A DNA stretch of 64,000 bases from contig OY970178.1 in NCBI GenBank assembly GCA_963707915.1, positions 2,080,001-2,144,000 of the forward strand, given 5' to 3'. The notes under the pieces were generated by a model, which made no database searches, was not told where the DNA came from, and was given only the letters and a program-made list of their open reading frames with translations. This document shows positions 27,854 through 39,432 of the stretch, piece by piece (the stretch's first letter is position 1; each line of letters begins with the position of its first letter). This DNA comes from Candidatus Eiseniibacteriota bacterium (GTDB taxonomy: Bacteria > Eisenbacteria > RBG-16-71-46). The position numbers were made by a program, and so were the translations under genes.

Positions 27854-28615
27854 TCAAGCTCCTTGCGGTCCGGTCTCCGGAGACCCGGGCGGCCGGCGGT
27901 AGGCGAGGTGCGACAGGTAGCCCGCGTGCAGGTCCATCAGCGCGTGGATGAGCATGCCGGCGAACAGCGAGCGCGTGATCCAGTAGACCGCGGCGAGGAA
28001 TGCCCCGACCGCCGCGGTGAGCAGGACGCCGCGGACGCCCTGGTAGGCGTGCCCCACGCCGAAGAGCAGCGACGAGACGATCACCGCGACCAGGAACGAC
28101 TGGTGGGGCGCGAAGAGCCAGGCCCAGGCCACCAGGTACCAGACCAGGTAGCCGCGGTAGAGGATCTCCTCGCAGACGCCCGCGGTCCCGGCCAGCGCGA
28201 AGAACCACGAGCGCTCCCGTTCCGTCGTGGGCAGCATGCGCTCGAGGTGCCGCGTGCGCTGGCGCACGTGCTCGAGCGCGGCGTCGTCCGCCGGCTTGAG
28301 GTAGCCCTGCCGCACCAGGACGGCCACGATGACGGCGATCCCCGCGGCCACTCCCAGCAGCCCCCCGCCGAGACGCGGCACGAGGCCGAGGCTGGTCCAC
28401 GAGCGGTGGGTCGCGAGCCACAGGGCGACGACCAGCGCGACGGACGTCCACTGCAGCAGCATCGCGCGGCGGTAGACGGCGAGCTTCACGCGGGGCAGCT
28501 CCGCCTCCGACGCGCGCCGGAGCGCGCGGAGGCCGAACGTCGCCGCCCGCACCGGGAACGCCACGGCGAGGACCAGGAAGAGCAGGTGGTCGGGCCAGCC
28601 GAGGGGCGCGGGCAT
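27854..28615 (-). CDS. CPBP (Abi/CAAX-like) intramembrane glutamic endopeptidase
   Basis: EEILYRG, FGVGHAYQG, HALMD; multiple TM helices. Confidence 0.88.
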   Translation of the reverse strand: MPAPLGWPDHLLFLVLAVAFPVRAATFGLRALRRASEAELPRVKLAVYRRAMLLQWTSVALVVALWLATHRSWTSLGLVPRLGGGLLGVAAGIAVIVAVLVRQGYLKPADDAALEHVRQRTRHLERMLPTTERERSWFFALAGTAGVCEEILYRGYLVWYLVAWAWLFAPHQSFLVAVIVSSLLFGVGHAYQGVRGVLLTAAVGAFLAAVYWITRSLFAGMLIHALMDLHAGYLSHLAYRRPPGSPETGPQGA

Positions 28616-28619
28616 GGGC

Positions 28620-29324
28620 TCAGCCCCGTCCCTTCGCCTGCCCGCCGCCGCGCCGGGACCCGGGCGTCCTCGCCGGCGCCCGCACCTCGCGGTGGCGGAA
28701 GCAGGTGACCAGGTGATCGTTCACCATCCCCGCCGCCTGCATCAGGGCGTAGACGATGGTCGAGCCGACGAACTTGAACCCGCGCCGCTTCAACTCCGCG
28801 CTCACCGCGTCCGAGAGCGCCGTGCGGGCCGGGATCTGCCGGACGGTCCGGCGGCGGTTCTGGACCGGGCACCCCCCGGTGAGGCCCCAGATGAAGCGGT
28901 CGAAGCTCCCGAACTCCCGCTGCACTTCGAGGAAGGCGCGCGCGTTGGTCACGGCGGAGGCGACCTTGAGCCGGTTGCGCACGATGCCCGGGTCGCGCAT
29001 CAGGGCGCGCAGCTTGCGCGCGTCGTAGCGCGCCACCTTGCGGGGATCGAACCGGTCGAACGCGCGCCGGTAGCCGGCGCGCTTCTCGAGGATGGTGCGC
29101 CACGAGAGCCCGGCCTGCGCGCCGTCCAGCACCAGCATCTCGAACCAGCGCCGGTCCACGTGCACCGGCACGCCCCACTCGCGGTCGTGGTACGCGCGGT
29201 AGAGCGGCGTGCTCTCACACCAGGGACAGCGCCGGCGGGACCCGCCGCGCGCCGCCGCCCGCCGGCTGCGGGGCATCGCGACCGGGGACTCCGGCGGCCG
29301 GGCATTCCCGAGGACCCGTCTCAT
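28620..29324 (-). CDS. tag: DNA-3-methyladenine glycosylase I
   Basis: RCPW..YHDREWG, QAGLSW, IVRNRLK, GFKFVG, GMVNDHLVTC. Confidence 0.92.
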   Translation of the reverse strand: MRRVLGNARPPESPVAMPRSRRAAARGGSRRRCPWCESTPLYRAYHDREWGVPVHVDRRWFEMLVLDGAQAGLSWRTILEKRAGYRRAFDRFDPRKVARYDARKLRALMRDPGIVRNRLKVASAVTNARAFLEVQREFGSFDRFIWGLTGGCPVQNRRRTVRQIPARTALSDAVSAELKRRGFKFVGSTIVYALMQAAGMVNDHLVTCFRHREVRAPARTPGSRRGGGQAKGRG

Positions 29325-29435
29325 CGCGGCGGATACTAGCAGAGGCGCGGGCCGGCGGCGCGTATCGCGCGACGGCTCGCGGAACGGTCCCGGGCGGGCG
29401 GGGAGCCCGCCCGGGATCCGGCGCCCGCCGCTTCC

Positions 29436-31685
<2,250 letters not shown>

Positions 31686-31959
31686 GACCGGTCCTCCTGG
31701 CTCTGACCGCGGCGAGCCCGGGGCCCGGCGCGATCGGTTCGGAACATGGACCTCGCCGAGAGCACGGCCCGCGGGAAGCCCGTTGGACGAGGGAAGTCTA
31801 GCACCAGGGAGGGGTATCGGCACGAGGGGCCGGCACCTTGCCCGGGAATCGCGGGGCGCCCGTGGCCGTCGCCCCGCCCGCAGGCCGGCCCGGGACCGGC
31901 AGATACGGCGGCCGCGCCCCCGGGGGACGCGGCCGCCACCTCCCGGCCTGGAGGAGGTC

Positions 31960-33618
31960 CTACTTCGCCGCCGCCTGGAGCACGTCCATCCCCTGCTTGA
32001 ACACGATGTCGGTCGGGATGTCCGCCGAGGCCAGGCCGTCGAGGTCCTTCTTCAGCTGCGGGTCCATCTGGTCGGCCTTGGGCAGGAACGCGTCCACTCC
32101 GGCGTAGTCGCCGTTCCCCTGGAGCGTCAGCACCTTCGCCGAGAACGCGTCCACCGCGGCCTGCATCTTCGCGGGGTCCACGCGGTAGGTGCCGCGGGTC
32201 GAATCGCGCGAGAAGGCCCCCTGTTCCTTGAAGAAGGCGAACTCGGCGAGGTTCGCGCGGCCGTGGGCGCTGGCGGACCCGAAGCGCACCGAACGGAACA
32301 GCCCCGCCAGGTAGGTGACGTAGTTGTCCATCAGGTCGGCGTCCGGCAGCTCGCCCATCGCCTTGAGCCGGGTGATCATGAACAGGCCCAGCACGTCGGC
32401 CTTGCCCTCCTCGAGCGCGCCGCCCAGGTCCTTCAGCGCGTCGCGCACGGTGCCCTTGCCGTCGAGCGTGTTCTTGATGCCGAGCCCGTGCGAGACCTCG
32501 TGGAACATCACGTTGGCGAAGAACGCGTCGAACTGGATGTTCGGCTTCTGGTCCGTCGCGATCAGCCGGTCGGCGATCGGCGTGAGGATCTTGTCGAACT
32601 TGGCGCGCATGGCGTTCTTGAGTTGCAGGCGCCGCGAGCCCTTCTCGAGCTGCACGGTCTCGTCGTTGGGCAGGTTGATGGCGATGGTCTTGGAGCCGGC
32701 GTTGCAGTCGCCGGCGTAGTAGACCACGTCGTAGGCGCCGAGGTCCGAGTTGCTGCCGGGCGATTCCTTCTTGTACGGCCCGGTCACCGGCAACTGCTTC
32801 TGCAGCGCACCGAGCAGCTTCGCGTAGCGGGCGAGCCTGCCGCTCCACTCCCGGTCCTTGATGAGCACGTAGCCTTCGTGCGTGCTCTTGTAGCCGTACA
32901 GCGCGTCCTCGTAGTTCTCGATCGGGCCGATGACGACGTCGATCCCGTTGGCCTTCATGTCCATCCAGGCCATGTCGCTCGGACGGTAGTCGTCGGTGAG
33001 CAGGGCCTGCGCCCGCAGCTCGAGGTACTTGCGCAGCCCCGCGTCCTCGGCGAGCGCGGCGGCTTCGCGCAGCCGGGCCACGGCACGCTCCACCTGCGGC
33101 TTGAACGCCTCGCGGTAGGGCACGGCGACGAGCGCCTTCTGCGCGTCGCGCCGGACGATGGTGTACTGGCCCTTGAGCGCCGCGCCCTTGTCCGGCGCCG
33201 CGGCGACGGCCTTCTCGAACTCCTCCTTCGTGAGGTCCGCCGGGTAGAAGCCGGCGCCGGGAGGCTTGGGCCCCACGCCGGGCAGGAACGGCGCGTTGCC
33301 GTTCAGGCGGTCCCACGGCCCGTAGTTGATCTCGGCGAAGCGGCGCAACCGGGGATCGGCGATGCCCGCGAGGAGCTTCGCCTTGTCGCCATAGGCCTCC
33401 AGCCAGAAGATCTCGTCCATCGCCTGGCAGGCGTCGATCAGGAGCGGGATCATCTGGCGCTCCTTCCCGGTGAGCTTGCCGAGGTCGGCGGTCAGCGTGA
33501 CCTCCGTGTAGGTGCTGAGCTTGGCGCCGGGCGCGGCGCCGGGCTTCGCCTTGGGGGCACACGCCGGCACGACCAGCAGCGCCGCGACGGCCAGACCGAG
33601 CCAGGATGCGTTTCTCAT
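31960..33618 (-). CDS. Peptidase M49 (dipeptidyl peptidase III-like) lipoprotein
   Basis: Lipobox VPAC; GPIENYED, AINLPND, HEVSH, LEEGKAD. Confidence 0.85.
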   Translation of the reverse strand: MRNASWLGLAVAALLVVPACAPKAKPGAAPGAKLSTYTEVTLTADLGKLTGKERQMIPLLIDACQAMDEIFWLEAYGDKAKLLAGIADPRLRRFAEINYGPWDRLNGNAPFLPGVGPKPPGAGFYPADLTKEEFEKAVAAAPDKGAALKGQYTIVRRDAQKALVAVPYREAFKPQVERAVARLREAAALAEDAGLRKYLELRAQALLTDDYRPSDMAWMDMKANGIDVVIGPIENYEDALYGYKSTHEGYVLIKDREWSGRLARYAKLLGALQKQLPVTGPYKKESPGSNSDLGAYDVVYYAGDCNAGSKTIAINLPNDETVQLEKGSRRLQLKNAMRAKFDKILTPIADRLIATDQKPNIQFDAFFANVMFHEVSHGLGIKNTLDGKGTVRDALKDLGGALEEGKADVLGLFMITRLKAMGELPDADLMDNYVTYLAGLFRSVRFGSASAHGRANLAEFAFFKEQGAFSRDSTRGTYRVDPAKMQAAVDAFSAKVLTLQGNGDYAGVDAFLPKADQMDPQLKKDLDGLASADIPTDIVFKQGMDVLQAAAK

Positions 33619-33796
33619 CGGGACTCCTCTCAGAGGATCGTGGGGATCGCTCCCGGAGGCCGGCACGCGGACCGGACGGCCGCGCCAGCGTCCGACGGAC
33701 GGGACGGAGACTAAGCCCGGAGCCGCATCGCGGCAACGGCGCGGGGCCGGGCGCGGCCCGGGAGGCGACGGGCGGGCCCGCCGCCGGGGACGCGGC

Positions 33797-34801
33797 TCAG
33801 CGCCTCGACGACTCCAGCAGGTCGCGGACCGCTTCCGGGGCGATATCCTGCATGCACCCGCACCGCCCGCCCTTGCGGCAATCGCTGCACTCGCGGTCCA
33901 CGACCAGCACGTGGGCGTCCGTGCCGAGCGGCGCCCAGCGGCCCGGATGCATGGGACGGATCGGCGGGTAGAGACCGATGGCCCGCTTGCCCAGCGCCGC
34001 GGCGACGTGGAGCGGCCCGGTGCTGGCGGCGACCAGGGCGTCGGCCTGCCCGATGAAGGAGACCAGCTCCCCGAGCGCGAACCGGCCGGTCACGTCCTCG
34101 ACCTGGGGAAGGTCGAACAGCCCGGAGCCGCGCAGGCTCTCGCCCTCCTCCCGGCTGCCGGTGACGCTGATGCGGTAGCGGTGCGCGGGGAGCAGCTCGA
34201 TCAGCCTGCGGAAGTTCTCCGTTCCCCATTCCCGGGCGCTCCCCTTCGAGCGGGGATGGAGGATGACGTGCATCTTCCTTCCGGCCTCGTCCGCCGGACC
34301 CGGGGCCCGGACGGCAGGCTGGATGCCGTAGTAGCGGGGCAGCTCGTCCAGACGGAAGGACCGGTCGATGCCCAGGGGCCGCAGGAGCTTCAGGTTGAGC
34401 TGCGCCTCGTGGAGGTCGGACCGCTTCCGCGAGAAGCGGACCCGCCGGTTGCACGTGGTCCAGTGCTGGAGCCGCCCGGCGGTGCCGATGCGGACGGGGA
34501 TCCCCGCGCGACGGGCCAGCCCCGCGATCTCCGCCCGCGGGAACGCGTGGACGATGCAGTCCGCCCCGAGTTCGCGGATCGCCCGCTCCTGCGCGCCCCG
34601 GTCCAGCGCGCGGAGCGCGGTCCAGTCGACGAATCGGTCCACGTGGCGGGACAGCTCGACCACGGGACGCACGTAGGCCGAGCCCAGGAACAGGACGTGG
34701 CAGTCCGGGAACCGTTCCTTGAGCACGCCGGCGAGCGGCAGCGTCAGCACCACGTCGCCGATACCGTCGCTCCGGGAGACGACGATCCTGGTCGGCGTCA
34801 C
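33797..34801 (-). CDS. Glycosyltransferase family 9
   Basis: DGIGDVVL, HPRS...W, STGPLHVAAALG. Confidence 0.88.
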   Translation of the reverse strand: MTPTRIVVSRSDGIGDVVLTLPLAGVLKERFPDCHVLFLGSAYVRPVVELSRHVDRFVDWTALRALDRGAQERAIRELGADCIVHAFPRAEIAGLARRAGIPVRIGTAGRLQHWTTCNRRVRFSRKRSDLHEAQLNLKLLRPLGIDRSFRLDELPRYYGIQPAVRAPGPADEAGRKMHVILHPRSKGSAREWGTENFRRLIELLPAHRYRISVTGSREEGESLRGSGLFDLPQVEDVTGRFALGELVSFIGQADALVAASTGPLHVAAALGKRAIGLYPPIRPMHPGRWAPLGTDAHVLVVDRECSDCRKGGRCGCMQDIAPEAVRDLLESSRR

Positions 34802-34841
34802 GATCGTTCCCCGGGCCGGCCCGGCGCCGGCGCGGCCGTCC

Positions 34842-35615
34842 TCATCGTGACGCCCCGCGCCAGAGCCGATCGAGCTTGAGGTACTTCATCCGCGTCGCGC
34901 GCGCCGAGATGCGCGCGATCCGGAAGCCCGCGGCCCCGTCGAGGAATCCCAGCCGGAGACCGTAGTCGAGGACGAACTTCCAGGCCGGGCTCAGGACGAG
35001 GCGCAGGGCCCCCGCCTTCTTCCCGCGCCGGAAGAGCTCCTCGGCCGCGAGGGTCGTGAACCGGTCGGCCTGGCGATGGTGGTCCTCCAGCGTGGCGTAC
35101 GAATAGTGCAGGCAGTCGCCCGCCAGCAGGACGACCTCGCCCGGGGCGAACCCCCGAAGTTCCTCGTGGAGCTCTCCCACCCACCGCGTCGTCCGGCGGT
35201 CGAACATCCGCACCTTGCGGTCGGGATACCACCCGCCGTGTCGCACCCAGTGCCCGCAGTAGTTGGTCATCCGCGCGAAGCGGCAGACCCGGAGCGTCCC
35301 CCTGCCCTTGACCTCGACGATGGCGCGCCGCAGCTCCTCGGACAGCGCCTCGTCCGCGTCGAGCGAGAGGATCCAGTCGTGCCGGGCGTGCCCGTTCGCG
35401 AGGTTCTTCTGCGCGGAGTAGCCGAGCCAGTCCTGCCGGACGAAGGTCGCCCCGTGCGAGCGGCAGATCTCCTCGGTCCGGTCGCGGGAGCCGGAATCGA
35501 CCACCACGAGGTCGTCCGCGACGCCGCGCAGGCTCTCGAGGCAGCGGCCGATGTTCCGCTCCTCGTCGCGCGTGATGACGACGGCGGACAGGGGAAGCGA
35601 AGCGGTCGTTCCCAT
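34842..35615 (-). CDS. Glycosyltransferase family 2 (WaaE/KdtX-like)
   Basis: VVDSGSRDRT, LSLDADE, GWYPD, GFLDG. Confidence 0.88.
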   Translation of the reverse strand: MGTTASLPLSAVVITRDEERNIGRCLESLRGVADDLVVVDSGSRDRTEEICRSHGATFVRQDWLGYSAQKNLANGHARHDWILSLDADEALSEELRRAIVEVKGRGTLRVCRFARMTNYCGHWVRHGGWYPDRKVRMFDRRTTRWVGELHEELRGFAPGEVVLLAGDCLHYSYATLEDHHRQADRFTTLAAEELFRRGKKAGALRLVLSPAWKFVLDYGLRLGFLDGAAGFRIARISARATRMKYLKLDRLWRGASR

Positions 35616-35629
35616 GGTCCAGGCCGGGG

Positions 35630-36472
35630 TCAGGAGCCCAGCATCAACGCCGTCACCCGGACGAACGACATCACCACGGCGAAGGCCGTGAGCGCCAGCA
35701 GCGCGAGGGCCAGGATCTGCACCAGCGGGGTCTCGCGCTTCTCGTCGTCGAAGCGCATGGCGGTCGCCGCGCCCCAGCCGCCAGCGAAGCCGCCGAGGTG
35801 CGCCCAGTTGTTCACGCCCGACATCATGAAGCCCATCACGAACATGATGATGGCCCACTGCCAGAGCTGGGTGCTCAGCATCGCGATGCGGCGGCGCCGG
35901 CTGTAGACGATGAGCGCGGCGAGCAGGCCGAAGATGCTGCCGGAGGCGCCCATCGTGGGCGCGCCGCTCAGCAGGTTCGAGGCGACGAACCCGGCCGCGC
36001 CGCCGACGGTGAAGATGATGAACGCACGTGCCGGCCCGTAGACCTCGGTGACGTTCGGGCCCAGCTGCCGGACCCACATCAGGTTGAAGAAGATGTGGAG
36101 CAGGCTGCCGTGCAGGTAGATGGCGCTGAACACGGTCCACCACCAGCCCTGGTGCCAGGCGATGCCGCCCGTCATGCCGAGCTGGTAGAGGGCGCGGGAG
36201 CCGGGCGAGAGGAAGTTGAAGAGCGCGCCGAACGCGCCGCCCCCGCCGGAGGGCTGGAGGATCGCACCGGGCTGGAGCGCGAGCGAGACGACGTAGAGCG
36301 CCACGCAGGCGCCGAAGATCACGGCGTTGAGGTCGAGCCTGCGGCCGAAGAGGCGCTGCAGCTTCGGCGTCAGGCCGTAGAACCCGGGACGCCAGGCGCC
36401 GCAGAACGGGCAGCGCTCCTCGTCCGTGCCGATGAGCTTCTCGCAGCTGGGGCAGATCATCGCGGGCGACAT
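35630..36472 (-). CDS. Rhomboid intramembrane serine protease with N-terminal zinc ribbon
   Basis: CPSC...CPFC; HIFFN, GASG, AHLGG. Confidence 0.9.
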   Translation of the reverse strand: MSPAMICPSCEKLIGTDEERCPFCGAWRPGFYGLTPKLQRLFGRRLDLNAVIFGACVALYVVSLALQPGAILQPSGGGGAFGALFNFLSPGSRALYQLGMTGGIAWHQGWWWTVFSAIYLHGSLLHIFFNLMWVRQLGPNVTEVYGPARAFIIFTVGGAAGFVASNLLSGAPTMGASGSIFGLLAALIVYSRRRRIAMLSTQLWQWAIIMFVMGFMMSGVNNWAHLGGFAGGWGAATAMRFDDEKRETPLVQILALALLALTAFAVVMSFVRVTALMLGS

Positions 36473-36591
36473 GGGGGCAGGATAAGGCAAGCGGACGCCG
36501 GGAGGCGAACGCGACGCCGGCGGCCCGGGCCCGGACGCGGCCGGCCCCGCGGGGAGCGGGGCCGGCGGGATCACCTGGTTCGGAACGGAGC

Positions 36592-37518
36592 CTAGTCTTC
36601 GGCTTCCTCGCCGCCCATCGGGCCGGCCTGGAACTTCTTCAGCTGCTCGGGGGTGAGCAGCGCGCGCACCTCGAGCATGGTCGCGGCGCGCGACTTCTGC
36701 ATCCCGGCCCGCATCTGCGCGACCTTGTCGATCTGCGCGTCGATCTTCGGACGGTCGGGGTTCTCGGCCCGCATCAGCTGCTGCAGGTCCATCGTGGCGA
36801 TGCGGATGTCGGCCTGTGCCTGCACCATCAGCCGCGCCTGCTTCGCGTGGATGGCCTCCACCTTCTTCTGCTGGTCGGCGGTGAGCTCGAGGGCCTTCAG
36901 CATCATCGGTCCGTGGCCCGGACCCATGCCGGCGCCCATCGGGCCGCCCATCGGGCCATCCTCCATGCCCCCGCCGGTCACCATGACCTTCACCTCGCGG
37001 CGCTCCATCCCGCCGCCCTGGGACGCGCAGCCCGCCATGCCCTTGCCGCTCATCTTCGCGCAACCCTTCATCTCGCCATCCGACACGACGCAGACGGCGA
37101 CGTGCTTGCCGCCCTTCATGTCGCAGCCCATCATGTCGCCGGACTTGCAGCACTCCTTGCCCTTGCCGCCCTTCATGTCGCCGGACTTGCAGCACTCCTT
37201 GCCCTTGCCGCCCTTCATGCCGCAGCCCTTCATGTCGCCGGACTTGCAGCACTCCTTGCCCTTGCCGCACTTCGTGCCGCAGCCCTTCATGTCGCAGGAC
37301 TGGCTGCAGCCACCCTTCACCGCCGCGCCCTTCATGGTGCACCCGGGCATCGCGGCGTCGGCGCCCTTCTCGGCACCGGCATGCATGGCGCAGCCCGGCA
37401 TCGCCTGCCCGGCCGGCCCGGTCTCGTCGGACTTGTCGGCTGCCAGCGCGAGGAGTGCGGGCACCGTCATCATGAGCGCGGCGACGACGGCCACGGCCTT
37501 CCAGTGAAGCTTCCTCAT
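36592..37518 (-). CDS. Periplasmic Spy/CpxP/ZraP-like protein with Cys/Met/Lys/Gly-rich repeat N-terminus
   Basis: Signal peptide; three GKGKECCKSGDM repeats; LTADQQ and LTPEQ motifs; GGAGG RBS. Confidence 0.8.
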   Translation of the reverse strand: MRKLHWKAVAVVAALMMTVPALLALAADKSDETGPAGQAMPGCAMHAGAEKGADAAMPGCTMKGAAVKGGCSQSCDMKGCGTKCGKGKECCKSGDMKGCGMKGGKGKECCKSGDMKGGKGKECCKSGDMMGCDMKGGKHVAVCVVSDGEMKGCAKMSGKGMAGCASQGGGMERREVKVMVTGGGMEDGPMGGPMGAGMGPGHGPMMLKALELTADQQKKVEAIHAKQARLMVQAQADIRIATMDLQQLMRAENPDRPKIDAQIDKVAQMRAGMQKSRAATMLEVRALLTPEQLKKFQAGPMGGEEAED

Positions 37519-37807
37519 GGACTTCCTCCGTTGTGGGCAGCGCCCGCGCAATCGCGCAGGTTCGCCGTCCTGCCTGGTACCGAACCCCCTCCCGCCGAGC
37601 CGATCGCGTGCGACGTACGGAGAGCGTTTCAATGGTCGCAGGCCCGATCCTCGCGGCGCAAGTGCAAACGCACGCGGCGACGCCATTTCCGTGCACGCCA
37701 CCCGCGATCGGGCGGGCGCCCTGACACGGCCCGGACATCCGCCTGACGAAGGCTTGCGTTTCGGCGCCGGTCGCGGCATCTTGGTCCGGTCCGCTGCGAG
37801 GCGGGCG

Positions 37808-37897
37808 CGTCGTTAGGGGTGGTCGGCCGGAACCGGCGCCGACCTGAGAGCAAACCCTCTGAACCTGATCTGGCCAAGACCAGCGTAGGGAAACGGC
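37808..37897 (+). ncRNA. TPP riboswitch
   Basis: AGGGG...CTGAGA...ACCC..GAACCTGATCTGG..AAGACCAGCGTAGGGA; P1 CGTCGTT / AACGGCG. Confidence 0.92.
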
Positions 37898-38028
37898 GAA
37901 GACAAACGAGCTCTCCGCTTGCCTTCGTGCCGTCCCTGCGCGGACGGCATCTCCGTTCCGGGCTGCACGGGCGCCGAGTCCCGCGTTCCACGCGGCCCGC
38001 GAAGAGAGCCCCCGCCGCGGGATCGCAC

Positions 38029-39432
38029 ATGTTCAGCACGAGCCCCCTCGACTGGGGGCTGATCCTCCTCTATTTCGGCTTCCTCGCCGCGGTCTGGGCG
38101 GGCGCCTTCGGGCGCCGGCTCGGGGCGCTCGACTACCTCGTGGCCGGGCGCCGGGTCACGCTGCCCGCGCTGGTCGCCACGCTGGTCGCCACCTGGTACG
38201 GCGGCATCCTGGGAGTGGGCGAGTACTCGTGGCGCTACGGGCTCGCCAACTGGCTGGTCTTCGGCGTGCCCTACTACCTCGGCGCGCTGCTCTTCGCCGT
38301 GCTCTTCGCGAAGCGCGCCCGGGACACCCGCCTCTACACCCTGCCCGACCTGCTCGACCGGGCCTACGGCCGCGGGCCCGCGTTGATGGGCGCGCTCGCG
38401 GTCTTCGTCGTGGCACAGCCCGCGGCCTACGTGCTCATGCTGGGCACGCTCTTCGCTGCCATGTTCGGGCTGCCGCTGGCGCCCTGCATCCTGGCCGCCG
38501 CACTGCTCTCGGTCTTCTACATCGACAAGGGCGGGCTCCGGGCGGTGGTCTTCACCGACCAGGTGCAGTTCGTGCTGATGTACCTGGGCTTCGCGCTGCT
38601 GCTGGTCTTCCTGGTCGCGCAGCACGGCGCGCTGCCGTTCCTGCGCGCGCACCTGCCGCCCGGCCACTTCACCTGGCACGGCGGCAATCCGCCGCAGGCC
38701 ATCTTCGTCTGGTACTTCATCGCGCTCTCGGCGCTCGTCGACCCCGGCTTCTGGCAGCGCGCCTACGCCGCCCGCGACCCGAAGGTCGCCCGCAACGCCG
38801 TGCTCTGGTCGGTCGCGTGCTGGGCGGTGTTCGACTTCATGACCACGATGGCCGGCCTCTACGCCCGCGCCCTGCTGCCCCGGCTCGCGGACCCGGTGTT
38901 CGCCTTCCCGGAGGTCGCCCGCATCACCCTGCCGCCTTTCGCGCTCGGCCTGTTCTACGTGTCCATGATCGCCACGGTGATGAGCACCATCGATTCCTAC
39001 GGGTTCATCGCCGCGGCAACCCTGAGCCGCGACGTGGCCTGGCGCATCGTGCGCGGCGACGAGGACCGCGTGGCGGGCTGGACGCGCGTCGGCCTGTGGT
39101 TCACCGCCGGCTTCGCCGCGCTGCTCGCGCTCGCCAACCCCAGCGTGATCGCGCTGTGGCACGACCTGGGCTCCATCGTCACCCCTACGCTGCTGCTGCC
39201 GGTGGGTTGCGCGCTGCTCCAGCGCGGCCGGCTGGGCCCGCGCTGGACGCTGGCGGCGATGGTCGCGCCATTCGCCTGCTCCCTCGTCTGGGTGCTGCTC
39301 GAGGCCTTCCCGCCGCCCGGTGCGACGGCGGCCTACCCCTGGTCGATCGAACCCATCTACGTCGGTCTCACCGTCTCGCTGCTGGTCTACGGCGCGGGGT
39401 GGCTCTGGCCGAAGACGGAGGTCACCCGATGA
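38029..39432 (+). CDS. Sodium:solute symporter, probable thiamine/precursor transporter
   Basis: DYLVAGR, GGLRAVVFTDQVQF, WQRAYAA, MSTIDS; downstream of the TPP riboswitch. Confidence 0.85.
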   Translation: MFSTSPLDWGLILLYFGFLAAVWAGAFGRRLGALDYLVAGRRVTLPALVATLVATWYGGILGVGEYSWRYGLANWLVFGVPYYLGALLFAVLFAKRARDTRLYTLPDLLDRAYGRGPALMGALAVFVVAQPAAYVLMLGTLFAAMFGLPLAPCILAAALLSVFYIDKGGLRAVVFTDQVQFVLMYLGFALLLVFLVAQHGALPFLRAHLPPGHFTWHGGNPPQAIFVWYFIALSALVDPGFWQRAYAARDPKVARNAVLWSVACWAVFDFMTTMAGLYARALLPRLADPVFAFPEVARITLPPFALGLFYVSMIATVMSTIDSYGFIAAATLSRDVAWRIVRGDEDRVAGWTRVGLWFTAGFAALLALANPSVIALWHDLGSIVTPTLLLPVGCALLQRGRLGPRWTLAAMVAPFACSLVWVLLEAFPPPGATAAYPWSIEPIYVGLTVSLLVYGAGWLWPKTEVTR

